This document shows positions 63,765-64,000 of a stretch of 64,000 nt of DNA, piece after piece. The DNA is taken from positions 15,285 to 79,284 of the forward strand of contig JAHIWS010000017.1 in the NCBI GenBank assembly GCA_018815925.1, in the 5' to 3' direction. The first letter of the stretch is position 1. Each line of letters begins with the position of its first letter. Below the pieces are notes generated by a model. It saw only the letters and a program-made list of their open reading frames with translations. It was not told the DNA's origin and did no database searches. The stretch is from Nanobdellota archaeon (lineage in GTDB: Archaea > Nanobdellota > Nanobdellia > Pacearchaeales > GW2011-AR1). Position numbers and translations under genes: made by a program.

Positions 63765-64000
63765 ATGGAAAGAATAACAACTAAAGTAAAAAAATGGGGT
63801 AATTCTTTTGGAATTATATTGCCAAGAAAGATATTTAATAAAGAAGTTAGAGAAGGATTAGAAGTTAATGTAATTATTCAACCAAAAAATAGAATGACTG
63901 TTGGAGATCTTTTAAATTTCAGTAAAAAAAACAAACTTCCAAAATTGAAAAAGTCCACCCAACAGATTATGGACGAAATAGATAAAGAGTTGTGGCCGGA
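63765..64000 (+). CDS. AbrB/MazE-family antitoxin-like protein (runs off the window end)
   Basis: Hand translation MERITTKVKKWGNSFGIILPRKIF...STQQIMDEIDKELWP; KWGNS.GI.LP signature. Confidence 0.85.
   Translation, partial: MERITTKVKKWGNSFGIILPRKIFNKEVREGLEVNVIIQPKNRMTVGDLLNFSKKNKLPKLKKSTQQIMDEIDKELWP

Noticed and set aside
1-64000. Alternative genetic code or stop-codon readthrough
   Set aside because: Conserved genes are intact under the standard archaeal code and use TAA, TAG and TGA as stops.

Overview
Strongly AT-rich archaeal chromosome segment. Gene content and protein style point to a DPANN archaeon, most likely Pacearchaeota (inference from AMP phosphorylase plus ribose-1,5-bisphosphate isomerase, reduced operons, a short archaeosortase-like protein and KKAQ-type pilins). 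In order it holds: an N-glycosylation/surface-glycan cluster (GT2s, deacetylase, B12 radical SAM, flippase-like protein, AglH, AglB); the S10-spc ribosomal superoperon with secY; AMP salvage genes; an intron-containing tRNA-Ser(UGA); the uL1-uL10-P1 operon; a surface block (three pilin-like genes, an S-layer protein with a long structured leader, an archaeosortase-like gene and ITG-motif membrane-anchored proteins); dph2-sepF-pfdB-rpo12-eL43-tRNA-Pro; ftsZ-secE-spt5-uL11; eIF5A-eL40-M50 protease-taw1; and a variable right end. Several real genes are below the ORF-track cutoff or run off the window (Rpo12, SecE, eL40, an AbrB antitoxin, a 58-aa Gly-rich repeat peptide). Strongest leads: (1) a 1.6-kb TrmB-family three-gene cassette bounded by 20-bp direct repeats whose empty site rebuilds one long hairpin, next to an orphan wHTH/AbrB/PD-(D/E)XK protein; (2) an archaeosortase-like gene beside proteins with a candidate ITG sorting signal; (3) a G:T-wobble hairpin repeat found in-frame in aglB and rpl32e and also intergenically; (4) a stand-alone RTX-like nonapeptide microprotein; (5) about ten accessory ORFs, mostly translationally coupled, slotted into junctions of conserved operons. 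All calls come from reading the sequence; no searches or folding programs were run.
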